Notes: generated from the sequence alone by a model not told the origin. Shown: positions 1-9,724, numbered from the stretch's first letter. The stretch: DNA of 64,000 nt from an uncultured Acidobacteriota bacterium (GCA_963807925.1 CAWEDP010000002.1:1164034-1228033), one strand, 5' to 3'. Program-made: numbers and translations.

Positions 1-139
1 CTGTCGCGTCGGTCACCGTCCCTGCAATGGATCCGACGCCCTGCGCGCCGGAGGGCGCTGCAAACCCGACGAGCATCCAGACCGTCACAACAGCCGTGCC
101 CAGCAGCGGCGTGCCGGCTCGTCTCCTTGTCCGTCTCAT
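1..139 (-). CDS. 5' end of a secreted carboxypeptidase-regulatory-like / TonB-dependent-receptor-like outer-membrane protein (gene runs off the window)
   Basis: Not in the ORF track because there is no stop in the window. Reverse-strand ATG at 139 is preceded by GGGAGGAAGG (141-150). It translates to MRRTRRRAGTPLLGTAVVTVWMLVGFAAPSGAQGVGSIAGTVTDAT: a signal peptide plus the same GxxGxVxDxxG opening as the receptors at 5834-8812 and 26394-29063. Confidence 0.5.
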   Translation of the reverse strand, partial: MRRTRRRAGTPLLGTAVVTVWMLVGFAAPSGAQGVGSIAGTVTDAT

Positions 140-204
140 TCCTTCCTCCCTTTGGGTCCCTGCACGAGGGAATCGACCGCGACCGTGCGGCTCACGGCGG
201 GGGG

Positions 205-248
205 AGTATCCCAGAACCGCGCCCGGGCGAGTGTCGCAAGTTGTCGCA
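205..248 (-). promoter_or_regulatory. Site S1: TGCGACA-ACT-TGCGACA direct repeat (248->232), 21 nt, GATACT -10-like hexamer (210->205)
   Basis: Read directly from the sequence. Same architecture as S2-S5. 65 nt upstream of ATG 139. Confidence 0.6.
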
Positions 249-297
249 GAAATCAGCGTGTCGGTTGGCGTCGGTGGCAGCCGGCCGTCCGGTCGCG

Positions 298-2487
298 TCA
301 GTCGGCGCGGCAGACCCAGCCCGCGATGCCCGGCCGCGTCTCGTGGCACGGTGCCCCGGCTGCCGGCCCGTTCAGCGAGTAGTAGACCTTGAAGTTCTGG
401 CCCGGCTGGTTGTCGAAGTCGTAGACGAGGAGCGGCGCGCGCGGTCTGGCGTCTTGCGGCGCCATCCCGTAATTCATCGAGATGGCGGCAGGCGCCGGCA
501 CGCCCTCGGCACGCGTTTCGAGCGGCTCGAAAACAGAGGCTCGCACGACGGCGCTCTTGTGCGGGACCCCTCCGCCCGCCGGATCGACGTACTCGGTCGC
601 GACGTTGATGCCGATGGTGGTCCGGAAATAGCTGTGGTCCACGGTCAGTCGCCCCTCACCGGCGGTTTCGGGGGCCTGACTGTAGAAGAACGGACTGCCC
701 ACCCCGATGCGAACGCCCTGCACGTTCGCTCCCGTAATGGCGACCTGCCGGGACGCATAGTTCCCCACCCAGACGCCGACCGGATTCTCGGCGGCGCTCG
801 TCAGGGCGCTCGCGTCGCCGCGGACCTTCAAGCGATCGACGGTGAGCGCGTCGATCGGCGTTGCGACGACTCCCTGCCGCGACGCGTGCCACACGGTGAA
901 ATCGGCGATCGTGCCGCTCCATGCCCACGAGACGCCGCTCTGCAGCGCGCCGTACGCCTCGTTGTTCGAGAACTCGGGAACCACGGCATGCGCCGTGTCG
1001 AGCGGGAGCGAATCGCTCGCAACGCTGGTATCGGCGCCCTTGAACTTCGGCGTCCGCACGACCCCGAGCGAGGTGACCGGCAGCCCGAAACCGGACTCGG
1101 CGGCGTCGGCGGCGACGTTGTTGCGAATGATGTTGTTCGGGCCTCGAAACCAGAACGCCGATCCGTCGCCGCCGGGGTTCGGCAGGACGCTGCTGTAGCC
1201 GTTGCCCGGGGCGGCGTCACGCGATCCGGCCACGCGCAGCGAAAAATTGTGCTCGAAGATGTCGAAGCTCTCGCTCCCGTCCTCGGTGACAATCCCGGCG
1301 CCGCGCGTGTTGTAGACGACGTTGTCCTGGACCAGGCCGTAATGACTGTGGTGGACCGTGACGCCCCACTTCGTGGATCCGTCCACGGCATTGCCGATGA
1401 GCGTGAACTGATAGCCGTTGGCCGGCGTCTTCGCCGGGCCGAAATCGTGATGGAAGTGGACCGCGTAGCGGCCGATCTGATTCGTGCCGATCTTCCTCAC
1501 GCGACCGCTGCTGTCGAACTCCGTGTTGTCGAGGATGCCCATCTTCGTGCGTCCCAGGTCGTCGAACTCGACGTAACGGATATCGACGTCGGCGCGCGAG
1601 ATGAAGATCGTGTGACCGCGCGTCCCCGCCGGATTCTCCGATCGCACGACGATGTTGCGCGTCAGATTGCCGAGGTGGGGCAGAAACTCCAGTTTCCCGG
1701 CGGCATCCCGGGCGCCCTTGTGGTCGTACGCCAGCGGCGCGGTCAGGGTGATGCTGGTTCCGGAGACCGACGCCACCCGCGCCTTCTCGGTCTGCGGAGA
1801 CTCGCCCCGTCCGCGTTGATTCGCCCGCAACTGCCGCGTATCGGGGACGACGACCCGGTCGCCGACCCTCCAGCCCTCCGGCGGCCGGTCGAGCACCAGC
1901 ATCGTCTGGCCGGCCAGCGGCTCCCGGCCGAGCCTCGCGAACGTCGGCGTCCTGACGGCGCCGTGCATCGTCACCTTGCCGAGCCCCACGATGCCGTGCC
2001 CGATCTGGGTCGGATCGATCTCCAGATCGAACGGGCGATCGGCGATGACGATTTCCGCCTTCGCGCTCGCGGCCACAGGTTGGGCGGCGGTGCCGATTTC
2101 CAGCACGGCCTCGGGCATCACCATGATCGTGACGACCTTCAAGCGAGTCGTCGCGCCGGTCTTGAACCTCAGAGCTCCACGGACCTCGATACAGTCGATC
2201 GTCGCGTCAGACGCGGCGTCGTAGGTCACCGAATGAGCTGTATCGATCGCGACCTTGTCGTTCGCCCCCGGCACGCGGCTGGTCGACCAGATCCTGGGAT
2301 CCGACCACACGCCGGTCGCGATGCTGGTGACCGTCGGCGTGGCGCAGAAGCGTGGAACGCCCTGCGGAACACCGCTCACGCCGGGGGTGTGGAGATGTGG
2401 TTCCTGCGCGGCGAGGGAGGCGACGCCACCGCCGGCCCAAAGAAGGACCGCAAGCGCCACCGCCCTCGGAAGTGGGGCCACGAGCAC
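298..2487 (-). CDS. Secreted G8-domain / parallel beta-helix (PbH1) repeat protein, probably glycan-active
   Basis: ORF 298..2544. Hydrophobic signal LVLVAPLPRAVALAVLLWAGGGVASLAAQE. G8-like block TGVWSDPRIWSTSRVPGANDKVAID...IEVRGALRF. Beta-helix turns NNIIRNNVAADAAESGFG and LVQDNVVYNTRGAGIV. The start is probably GTG 2487 or TTG 2490, abutting the upstream stop, rather than the first codon of the ORF at 2544. Confidence 0.7.
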   Translation of the reverse strand: MLVAPLPRAVALAVLLWAGGGVASLAAQEPHLHTPGVSGVPQGVPRFCATPTVTSIATGVWSDPRIWSTSRVPGANDKVAIDTAHSVTYDAASDATIDCIEVRGALRFKTGATTRLKVVTIMVMPEAVLEIGTAAQPVAASAKAEIVIADRPFDLEIDPTQIGHGIVGLGKVTMHGAVRTPTFARLGREPLAGQTMLVLDRPPEGWRVGDRVVVPDTRQLRANQRGRGESPQTEKARVASVSGTSITLTAPLAYDHKGARDAAGKLEFLPHLGNLTRNIVVRSENPAGTRGHTIFISRADVDIRYVEFDDLGRTKMGILDNTEFDSSGRVRKIGTNQIGRYAVHFHHDFGPAKTPANGYQFTLIGNAVDGSTKWGVTVHHSHYGLVQDNVVYNTRGAGIVTEDGSESFDIFEHNFSLRVAGSRDAAPGNGYSSVLPNPGGDGSAFWFRGPNNIIRNNVAADAAESGFGLPVTSLGVVRTPKFKGADTSVASDSLPLDTAHAVVPEFSNNEAYGALQSGVSWAWSGTIADFTVWHASRQGVVATPIDALTVDRLKVRGDASALTSAAENPVGVWVGNYASRQVAITGANVQGVRIGVGSPFFYSQAPETAGEGRLTVDHSYFRTTIGINVATEYVDPAGGGVPHKSAVVRASVFEPLETRAEGVPAPAAISMNYGMAPQDARPRAPLLVYDFDNQPGQNFKVYYSLNGPAAGAPCHETRPGIAGWVCRAD

Positions 2488-3131
2488 TAACCGCCCGATG
2501 TCGCGATCTTGTTCTGCAGCCCTCTCGGCGTGCCCGGCTTCCACGGCTCAGGAACCTTGTACTCCGAGCGATGGGGCATCTGGACCTTCGGCAGGCTCTT
2601 GGCATCCATCACGTCGTCTTCCTGGATGATGCCGTTTCGAAACAGCAGAAACGCCGTCAGCGCGTAGGCTTCGTCGGGCGTCAAGCGGCCAGGCTTGTCG
2701 TAGGGCATGGCGCGATGGATGAAGTCCCAAATCATCGTCGCGAACGGCCAGGTGACAATCGGGTAGTAGCTTTCCTCGTTGCCGCCCTTGCCGCCGATCA
2801 GGTTCGGCGCAGGGCCTTCCTTGCCGGTCGGGCCATGACAGGTGGAGCAGGCGCGCTGTGTGAAGGCCAACGCGCCCTGCGTCGCAGTGCCGCTGCCCGG
2901 CGGCAGCTCCGCACCGTCGGGGCCGATCGAGATGTCCTCCGCCGCCAGCTCCCGGGCGCTCGGCGCGCGACCGAGGCCGCTCGGCCCCTTCGCGCCGGTG
3001 GTGGGCGGTTCCGACAACCCGATGCCGCCCGAGGACCGGCCCCGCTGCTGCGCGTGCGGCGCCGAGGCCGAGATCAGACCGAAGCACACCGCGAACGCGG
3101 ACGCGTAAGCGGCACAAGCCACTGGCTTCAT
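2487..3131 (-). CDS. Mono-haem c-type cytochrome, SoxD/SorB-like partner of the adjacent molybdoenzyme
   Basis: Signal peptide MKPVACAAYASAFAVCFGLISASA. Single CXXCH (CSTCH). Distal Met context RAMPYD. Overlaps the upstream gene by 4 nt (3128-3131). Confidence 0.8.
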   Translation of the reverse strand: MKPVACAAYASAFAVCFGLISASAPHAQQRGRSSGGIGLSEPPTTGAKGPSGLGRAPSARELAAEDISIGPDGAELPPGSGTATQGALAFTQRACSTCHGPTGKEGPAPNLIGGKGGNEESYYPIVTWPFATMIWDFIHRAMPYDKPGRLTPDEAYALTAFLLFRNGIIQEDDVMDAKSLPKVQMPHRSEYKVPEPWKPGTPRGLQNKIATSGG

Positions 3132-4471
3132 CCCCGATCCCCATGCATGTCGGTAATGGTGACGGAGACTGGAGGGAGTCCGTTGGTCACCTCACCGTTT
3201 CGGTTCACCTTCCACGCCTGAATCCAGTTGCAGTGGCCGACGGTGGTATTGGACGCGCGGTACAGCTGCTGCCGGGTGAAGCCCCAGTACTTGATGAATT
3301 CCGCTTCGGAAGGCTGCACCTGATCCTTCTCGTCGATGCACCGCGACTGCAGCGTCGCGTCCTCGCCGTCCCAGTTCCACGGGTGGTAGAACTGCGTGAA
3401 CGCCCGCGGAAGCGGCCGGTCCGCCAGCCTGGCCTCCACGTAGGTCTTCCCGCCGTCGGTGGAGACCTCGACCTTGCGCACCGCCCCCCCGCCAGACCAC
3501 GCCAGGCCCCTGATCACGTACGAGCCGCGTGCAGCCAACCGGTGCGTCCCCGACGGATAGGTAATCACCGACTTGGGGCCGAACTCGTAGCTGTCGAGCT
3601 GCGTCTTCGGATCCTCGTGCAGGAATCTCGAATTCTCCTGGAACGTGAGATACGGCTGATCGACCACCTTGATGCGCCGCAGCCACTTGACCTGGTAAAT
3701 GCCTTCGAAGCCGGGAACCATCAACCGGAGCGGGAATCCCTGATCGGGACGGACCGCCTCCCCGTTCTGCGCGAACGCGACGATTACGTCGTCCAGCGCT
3801 TTCGGAAGGGGGACGCTCTTGCCGTGCTTGCCCCCCTCGGCGCCTTCGGCCACGAGCCACTTGGCGCCGTTCTTCAGCCCGGTCTCGTTGAACAGCACCG
3901 AGAGCGGCACGCCGGTCCACTCGCTGCACGCCGCGCGGCCGTGCGTATCGGCGACGGTTCGTCCCTGCGGATTCGGCCGGTTGCCGATGCATTCGATGAA
4001 GTGGATGCGCGACACGAACGGCAGGCGCTTCAGCTCGTCGACGGTGAAGCTCAGCGGACGCTCGACGAGTCCGTGAATCATCAGCCGGTGCGAGGCCGGA
4101 TCGATCGTCGGGACGCCGTAGAAATGCTGCGTCGTGTAGTGCAGCGATGACGGCGTGATGATGCCGGTCAGATCGCCGAACGGCGTCTTCGCGCCCATGC
4201 GCGACGGATTCGGCCGCGGCGGCGAGTTGTCGGGACTCATCGACCCCTCGAGCTTCCGCACGACGTTCGCGAACGGCGAGCGTCTGCCGTAGAGGACCGC
4301 ATCGATCGAGTTGATGTCGTCGACGGTCGCGTCGGTGTCGGCGGCGGCGGAAACGGCGCTCGCCGAGGGCGACCCGAGGACGGCGCTCGCGGGCGCGACC
4401 GCCAACCCCGCCAACGCAGCCCCTTTCTGCAGAAACCGCCGTCGATCCGCGCTCTTCGGCTTCGCCTTCAT
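3128..4471 (-). CDS. Tat-exported sulfite-oxidase-family molybdopterin oxidoreductase (SoxC/SorA-like sulfite dehydrogenase subunit)
   Basis: Twin-arginine signal DRRRFLQKGAALAGLAV. Mo-ligand cysteine context HFIECIGN. Sulfite-oxidase-like C-terminal dimerisation region. AAGGAG SD upstream. Confidence 0.85.
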   Translation of the reverse strand: MKAKPKSADRRRFLQKGAALAGLAVAPASAVLGSPSASAVSAAADTDATVDDINSIDAVLYGRRSPFANVVRKLEGSMSPDNSPPRPNPSRMGAKTPFGDLTGIITPSSLHYTTQHFYGVPTIDPASHRLMIHGLVERPLSFTVDELKRLPFVSRIHFIECIGNRPNPQGRTVADTHGRAACSEWTGVPLSVLFNETGLKNGAKWLVAEGAEGGKHGKSVPLPKALDDVIVAFAQNGEAVRPDQGFPLRLMVPGFEGIYQVKWLRRIKVVDQPYLTFQENSRFLHEDPKTQLDSYEFGPKSVITYPSGTHRLAARGSYVIRGLAWSGGGAVRKVEVSTDGGKTYVEARLADRPLPRAFTQFYHPWNWDGEDATLQSRCIDEKDQVQPSEAEFIKYWGFTRQQLYRASNTTVGHCNWIQAWKVNRNGEVTNGLPPVSVTITDMHGDRG

Positions 4472-4510
4472 GAATGCTCCTTGCCTCGCGCCAGGCGCAG
4501 GGCCGCGCAG

Positions 4511-4554
4511 ATGCTACACGGGAACGCCCCTTCGATATGTCGCAGATTGTCGCA
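4511..4554 (-). promoter_or_regulatory. Site S2: TGCGACA-ATC-TGCGACA (4554->4538), 21 nt, TAGCAT (4516->4511)
   Basis: Read directly. 39 nt upstream of ATG 4471. Confidence 0.6.
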
Positions 4555-4575
4555 CGCCGGGACCCCGGACCGTTC

Positions 4576-5784
4576 CTACGCTTCACCAGCCATCCGATAC
4601 GCATCGAAGATCACCGACACCGCCCGCGCACAGTCGCGCGGCGTCGCCGGCGGCGGCTCGCCGCGGCTGATCCGATCCAGGCACTCCTTGATCACGCGCG
4701 GCCAGCCGGTCAGGTACCCGTCGGGCGCCTTGATCGTCTCGTTCCGATCGCCGCCGATAATCTGCACGCCCTCCCCGCCTCCGGTCGTTGCCCTGAGAAA
4801 TGCCTTCTCGGCCGAGATCTTCCGCTCCACGTCGTTCCCGCGCGCCCCCGGGAACGTGTAGCTGGCTTCGGCGAGACACACGATGCCGCTCGGCGTCCGC
4901 ATCGTGACGTGGGCGTAGTCCTCGACCTCCCGTTTGTGGAGCCGATGGCTGGTGATGGCCGAGACGACCTCGGGCTCTTCGCCGGTGATGTGCCGGAAGA
5001 TGTCGATGCCGTGGATCCCCAGGTTCAACAGGGCGCCCCCACCGGCTTCCTTCTTCGACAGCATCCAGGGACTGCCGTTGTCGATGTACCGCTGGACGCC
5101 GGGCTGATTGAAGCGCATGAGCCCGTGCGCGATTGTCCCGAGCTCGCCTCGTTGTATCATCGAGACCGCCGTCTCGACGATCCAGCTGTAGCGGAACGGC
5201 ATCGGCGCCGCCGCCCAGGCGTTGCTGGCCTCGGCCAGCGTCGCCAGCTCGTTCACCGTCTTGTCGTCGATGCCCCACGGCTTCTCCATCAGGAACGGAA
5301 TGCCGGTGTCGACCAGGTAGCGGAATGCGGCCGGCATCGCCGCGTGGTGGCCGAGCGCGACGACGAACTCCGGCTTCGTCTCTTCAATCATCTCGCGGTA
5401 GTCGGTATAGGCCGCGCTGCCCGCTCGATCGGCGAAGGCGCCGGCCATCGCCGCATCCGGCGCGTGCGCACCCACGATCTCCACGTGTTCCCGCTGCAGC
5501 GCCGGCAGGTAGATTTGCGGCGCGTGATAGTGGTCCACGCCGATGACCGCGACGCGCTGAGGACGCTTGCGGACCGCCTGGGCGGACGCCTCGGTCCGCT
5601 CCGCGCGGTCCAGAATCGACGAGACGGTCACCCCCGCGACGGCGCACTTCGCGATCCGATCGAGAAAGCTGCGACGGCCGATCGCGCCGCGTCGATACCG
5701 GCGGGCGAGATCGAGGAGCTCCGGCGGATGCCCCGACGCGTGGTGCGGCTTGATCATGACGCCTCGCGTTGCCCCGCGCGTCAC
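4576..5784 (-). CDS. Tat-exported Gfo/Idh/MocA-family oxidoreductase, paralog 1
   Basis: RRSFLDRIAKCAVAGVTV twin-arginine signal. EKPWGID motif and GELG block of the family. About 70-75% identical by eye to 15866-17014. The start could be ATG 5757 (MIKPHH). Confidence 0.8.
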   Translation of the reverse strand: MTRGATRGVMIKPHHASGHPPELLDLARRYRRGAIGRRSFLDRIAKCAVAGVTVSSILDRAERTEASAQAVRKRPQRVAVIGVDHYHAPQIYLPALQREHVEIVGAHAPDAAMAGAFADRAGSAAYTDYREMIEETKPEFVVALGHHAAMPAAFRYLVDTGIPFLMEKPWGIDDKTVNELATLAEASNAWAAAPMPFRYSWIVETAVSMIQRGELGTIAHGLMRFNQPGVQRYIDNGSPWMLSKKEAGGGALLNLGIHGIDIFRHITGEEPEVVSAITSHRLHKREVEDYAHVTMRTPSGIVCLAEASYTFPGARGNDVERKISAEKAFLRATTGGGEGVQIIGGDRNETIKAPDGYLTGWPRVIKECLDRISRGEPPPATPRDCARAVSVIFDAYRMAGEA

Positions 5785-5833
5785 CGCCGCCCGAGGGTGC
5801 GATGGCGCGCGGCTGAGAAGGAGTGCGCGCGAC

Positions 5834-8812
5834 TCAGAAGTCCACCTGCACCCCGAGCTTGATCCATCGCGCCGTCAGAATGCTCGTCGGCCGCTGCCAC
5901 GCAGGACCGAAGGTGTTGTTGGTGGTGAGCACGTCGCTTCTGTTCAGCACGTTGAAGATGTCGGCAGTGCCGAGGATGCGACCGCGGCCGATCGTGAACG
6001 CCTTTCTGAGGCTGACGTCGAGCTCCTGCGCCCGGGCTCCGTACAACGTGGCCGGGGGGATGATCTGCAGCGTCGCCGTCCCGTTGGCGCCCGACGACAG
6101 GTTGCGATGGAGCGACGGCGCAATCTGGGCGTTGGTCGCGGTATAGCTTGCCGTGATCTGCGGTCCCGGCAGGCTCTGGAATCCGACGCCGACCTGGATC
6201 CCGAAGGGCACCGGGTAGCTGGCCAGGAACTTGATCTGCGGCTGCCACGGCGGGCGCACGTCGCACGATTCGGTGATGTTGGGTTGACCTGCCAGGCCGC
6301 TCAGGTTCGGCTGGTCGAGGACGTAGCAGTTGTTGGTGCGCAGCCGCCCCTGATCCACACCACCCTGGAGCACGCCCGACCTCGGCAACCGGATGCTCGT
6401 GGTCAGACCGTAGCCGTCCCAGACCGACTCCTGCTTCCCGAAGTTCGACGCCTGGGTGATCAGGGTGATGTTCCGGCCGAACTTGTCCGGGTTGACGTCG
6501 TAGAAGCCGCAGATCTGGTTGCCGCCGCCGCCCGGCAGCCGCGAATCGACAGGCGCGGTGATGCAGTACGACGTGTAATCGGAGGGACTGGTCGCGGTGT
6601 TCTCGGTCTGGCTGAAATTCCCGAAGGATCGCCGATAGTAGCTCGCCGTGACCGATGCGCCCTGCCACAGCTCCTTCTGCAGGCCTGCCGTGACCTCCCA
6701 GTTGTATCCGCGCTTCCCGAACCCCCGGGTGACGTCGTCAGCGTAGGTGGTCGCCAGCGGATTGGCCTTCCCGAAGTTCAGGTTCGACAGCGGCCCGCAC
6801 TCCTGGTTCGACGCCGAATTGTTGAAATCGCAGTCCACTACGTAGTTGCCGGTTCGCGGATCGCCGGGACCGAAGAAGCTGTCGTTCCACGTGCGCGTGG
6901 CGCTCGTCACCGATCGTGTGATCGGGTTGTTCGCCGTCGCGATGCTGACCGTCTGGCCGGCCACGTACCGGCCCACCGAGAACTTCACCGCCGTCTTGCC
7001 GTCGCCGAACAGGTCGTAGACCGCTCCGACCCGCGGATTCAAGTCCTTCCAGTTCGGGACATCGTCCACCGCTGGGTAGGTGGTGACCGGCACGAAGATG
7101 GGGTTGGACAGGCGGAACTGCGCCAGCAGGGCGCCTTCGTCCTGAACCGGCACCGACCCGTTGAAGTAGTCGAACCGCAGCCCGTAGTTCAGCGTGAGGC
7201 GCTTGAGCGTCCAGCGATCCTGCGCGTACAGCCCCAGATCGGCGTTCATGTTCGTGACGACGACCGACGGGGTCGCCTGCAGCGTGACCTGGTTCGGAAT
7301 GCCGTTGTTGAACCGGTAGGCCCGTGAGCCGGCCGTCTCGTTGGTCGCGATGTTGTGACCGAAGACGTCGCTGACGCCGAATTTGGCGGCGTGCGACCCG
7401 GTCACATACGTCAGCGCGAATCTCACGCTCAGCGGATTCGTCGGGTTCTGGCCGTACGTCGAGTTGGCCCGATAGGAGAAGTTCGTCGATTGTTCCGTGA
7501 CTGCGATCGTGTCCACCGCGACGCCCGGCTGCCGGTTGTACTGGAACGATCCCCAGCTCGACCCCACGCCGGCTTCCATGAGCACCCGGTTCGTCGCCGT
7601 GTACCGCCAGGTCGCCTGACCGAAATAGTTCGGCCAGAAGATGCCGATCTGCGTCGCCTCGGGCGACACCGTGGCGCTGAACCCGCGGTTGCACGTGCAG
7701 TGCGGCGCCGCGTCGAAGAAGAGGCTCACTCTGTGGTTCTTCGACGCCTGCCACGTCGTGCGCAGATTCGTGCTGACGTCCCAGACCGTGGTGCCCGCCT
7801 GATGCGCGGTGTCCGGCGTGTAGGTCCACGCGGTCGGGGTGGCGTTGAAATACAGGCCCGCCAGGTAGTCGGTTTCCGTGTTGTAGCGATACGCGTTGTA
7901 GAACCACAGCTTGTCCTTGACGATCGGCCCGCCCCACGCCGGATTGACGTCGTAGAGCTCCTTGAGCGAGTTGACCGCCGTGAGCCCGCCGGCCTTGAGA
8001 CCGTCGGTGAGGTTGTCGGCCTGCAGCTTGTGGCCGCCGCCGCCGGCGAAGAAGAACCCGCTGAAGCGATTGCCGCCGGTCTTCGGCACGATGTTGTTCC
8101 GGACGCCGCTCAGCTGCAGTTCAGCCGATTCGCCGCTGATCGACACGCTCGATTCCTGCACCGAGGCCATGTTGACGTAGTAGATGAAGCCGGCGCCGTC
8201 GGCCGCCATGCTGTTGGTCTCGAAGCCGTCGATCGCCAGTCTGGTCGAGCTGATCGCGCTGCCGTGGATCGTGAACGTGCCGCCGAACACCCCGACCTGT
8301 CCCAGGTTGCCGGTCACGCCGGGGATGAGTGGCGTGTAGTTGTTCGGATTGCGTTGCGTGGACGGCAGCCCTTCCAGCACCTGCTGCGACAGGACCTTCT
8401 GATCCTTGTTGGTCTGAACGTCCACGACCGGCGACACGCCCGAGACGGTCACCGACTCCTCAACGGCCCCGACGTGCAGCTCGGCGTTCACCGTCGCCGT
8501 GAACCCGGGCGGCAGGTCCAGCGCTTCGCGCTTGAACGTCGTGAACCCGGTCAGGGAAAACGTCACCGAGTAGATGCCGGGGCGGAGGTCGACGATCTTG
8601 TATTGCCCCTCGCCGTCGGTGACCACGGCTCTGACCTTCTCGATCAGCGCCGGACTCGAAGCTTCGACCGTGACACCCGGAACCACGGCACCCGACGCAT
8701 CCCTGACGACGCCCGCGATTCCGCTCGTTGCGGCCTGGGACCACGCCACGTCCGGCACCATCACCGATATGACGCCGGCGAAGACTGACGCAGCCAACAG
8801 CATCGAACGCAT
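5834..8812 (-). CDS. Carboxypeptidase-regulatory-like domain + TonB-dependent-receptor-like beta-barrel outer-membrane protein
   Basis: Signal peptide. GIAGVVRDASGAVVPGVTVEA...GQYKIVDLRPGIYSVTFSLTGF N-domain. Long Gly/Asn/Tyr-rich barrel. C-terminal ...GVQVDF aromatic terminus. GAGGAGGAAG SD. Confidence 0.85.
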   Translation of the reverse strand: MRSMLLAASVFAGVISVMVPDVAWSQAATSGIAGVVRDASGAVVPGVTVEASSPALIEKVRAVVTDGEGQYKIVDLRPGIYSVTFSLTGFTTFKREALDLPPGFTATVNAELHVGAVEESVTVSGVSPVVDVQTNKDQKVLSQQVLEGLPSTQRNPNNYTPLIPGVTGNLGQVGVFGGTFTIHGSAISSTRLAIDGFETNSMAADGAGFIYYVNMASVQESSVSISGESAELQLSGVRNNIVPKTGGNRFSGFFFAGGGGHKLQADNLTDGLKAGGLTAVNSLKELYDVNPAWGGPIVKDKLWFYNAYRYNTETDYLAGLYFNATPTAWTYTPDTAHQAGTTVWDVSTNLRTTWQASKNHRVSLFFDAAPHCTCNRGFSATVSPEATQIGIFWPNYFGQATWRYTATNRVLMEAGVGSSWGSFQYNRQPGVAVDTIAVTEQSTNFSYRANSTYGQNPTNPLSVRFALTYVTGSHAAKFGVSDVFGHNIATNETAGSRAYRFNNGIPNQVTLQATPSVVVTNMNADLGLYAQDRWTLKRLTLNYGLRFDYFNGSVPVQDEGALLAQFRLSNPIFVPVTTYPAVDDVPNWKDLNPRVGAVYDLFGDGKTAVKFSVGRYVAGQTVSIATANNPITRSVTSATRTWNDSFFGPGDPRTGNYVVDCDFNNSASNQECGPLSNLNFGKANPLATTYADDVTRGFGKRGYNWEVTAGLQKELWQGASVTASYYRRSFGNFSQTENTATSPSDYTSYCITAPVDSRLPGGGGNQICGFYDVNPDKFGRNITLITQASNFGKQESVWDGYGLTTSIRLPRSGVLQGGVDQGRLRTNNCYVLDQPNLSGLAGQPNITESCDVRPPWQPQIKFLASYPVPFGIQVGVGFQSLPGPQITASYTATNAQIAPSLHRNLSSGANGTATLQIIPPATLYGARAQELDVSLRKAFTIGRGRILGTADIFNVLNRSDVLTTNNTFGPAWQRPTSILTARWIKLGVQVDF

Positions 8813-8857
8813 GCTTCCTCCTCGGCAGACCCGCTCTCACGGTGAGATAACGGCGCG

Positions 8858-8902
8858 AGTATAGGAGTGAGATCCGTGGCGGAATTGTCGCAACTTGTCG
8901 CA
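8858..8902 (-). promoter_or_regulatory. Site S3: TGCGACA-AGT-TGCGACA (8902->8886), 22 nt, TATACT (8863->8858)
   Basis: Read directly. 45 nt upstream of ATG 8812. Confidence 0.6.
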
Positions 8903-8953
8903 AAACGCGGGATCGGCGCCGACGTCCGCAGGAATGGATCGCGGGCGCGCGGC

Positions 8954-9724
8954 TCAGCCGAGGAAGCGGGCGATGACGGCCGCGACGGCGTGCGGCTGCT
9001 CGATGAAGAGCATGTGCGGCGCGCCGGCGACGACCTCGAATCGGGCACCGGGAACCGCCGTCGCAATGGCCTCGACCACCGCGGGCGGCGACGAGCGATC
9101 GAGCTCTGCGGCCAGACACAGCGTCGGCACACCGATCGACGGCAGCCGCGGCGCCGTGTCGAGCGCCGCCATCGCGCGCCACGCGGCAGACCACCCGCGC
9201 ACCTGCGCGCTCGCCAACTGCCGCCGGACCTGATCGGCGCCGCCGCGCGCCAGGAACGCGTCCGTGAACCAGCGCGCGAGCGTGGCGTCGAGCGCAGCCG
9301 CCATGCCCGCGCGCTCGCCGAGCGACCCACGCTCGATGAGCGCGGCACGCAGCCCGGGGGTGAGCGTGCTCGGACACGCACTGACGACGAGGGCGTCCAC
9401 GTCGGACGGGTGGTCGAGCGCCACCAGCTGCGCGATCATGCCGCCGAAGGAAAACCCGATCACGGCGACAGGCGCGTAGTCGAGGTGCCTCAGGAGGGCG
9501 TGGACGTCTTCCGCGTAGCTCTCGAGAGTGACCGCGTCCCCGGTCATCGGCGAGCGGCCGTGTCCGCGCAGGTCCACACGAAGCACCTGATACTGCGGCG
9601 TCAGCTCGCCGGCCATGGCATCGAAGCAGGTGAGGTCGAGGCCAACGGGGTGCAACAGGAGAAGGCGGCGGCCGGAGCCCTCGAGCCGGTAATGGAGCAG
9701 CGGAGCGGCCCGACGGCCGATCAC
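8954..9724 (-). CDS. Alpha/beta-fold hydrolase (3-oxoadipate enol-lactonase-like)
   Basis: LLLLHPVGLD...RVDLRGHGRS and nucleophile elbow GFSFGG. 4-nt overlap with the upstream gene. Confidence 0.8.
   Translation of the reverse strand: MIGRRAAPLLHYRLEGSGRRLLLLHPVGLDLTCFDAMAGELTPQYQVLRVDLRGHGRSPMTGDAVTLESYAEDVHALLRHLDYAPVAVIGFSFGGMIAQLVALDHPSDVDALVVSACPSTLTPGLRAALIERGSLGERAGMAAALDATLARWFTDAFLARGGADQVRRQLASAQVRGWSAAWRAMAALDTAPRLPSIGVPTLCLAAELDRSSPPAVVEAIATAVPGARFEVVAGAPHMLFIEQPHAVAAVIARFLG

Noticed and set aside
127-2490. 787-aa + strand ORF, and similar long ORFs: 5567..7327 +, 7355..8788 +, 9772..12258 +, 12892..14898 +, 26037..28385 +, 38755..40437 -, 40049..41143 -, 44295..46286 +, 45847..48099 +, 48396..50174 +, 52131..55082 -, 54949..56766 -, 58847..60982 -, 59074..61299 +, 61256..62983 +
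   Set aside because: These are antisense shadow ORFs of a ~70% GC genome. They have Arg/Ala/Gly/Pro/Asp-dominated low-complexity translations and no family motifs. Each lies opposite a gene with clear family signatures.
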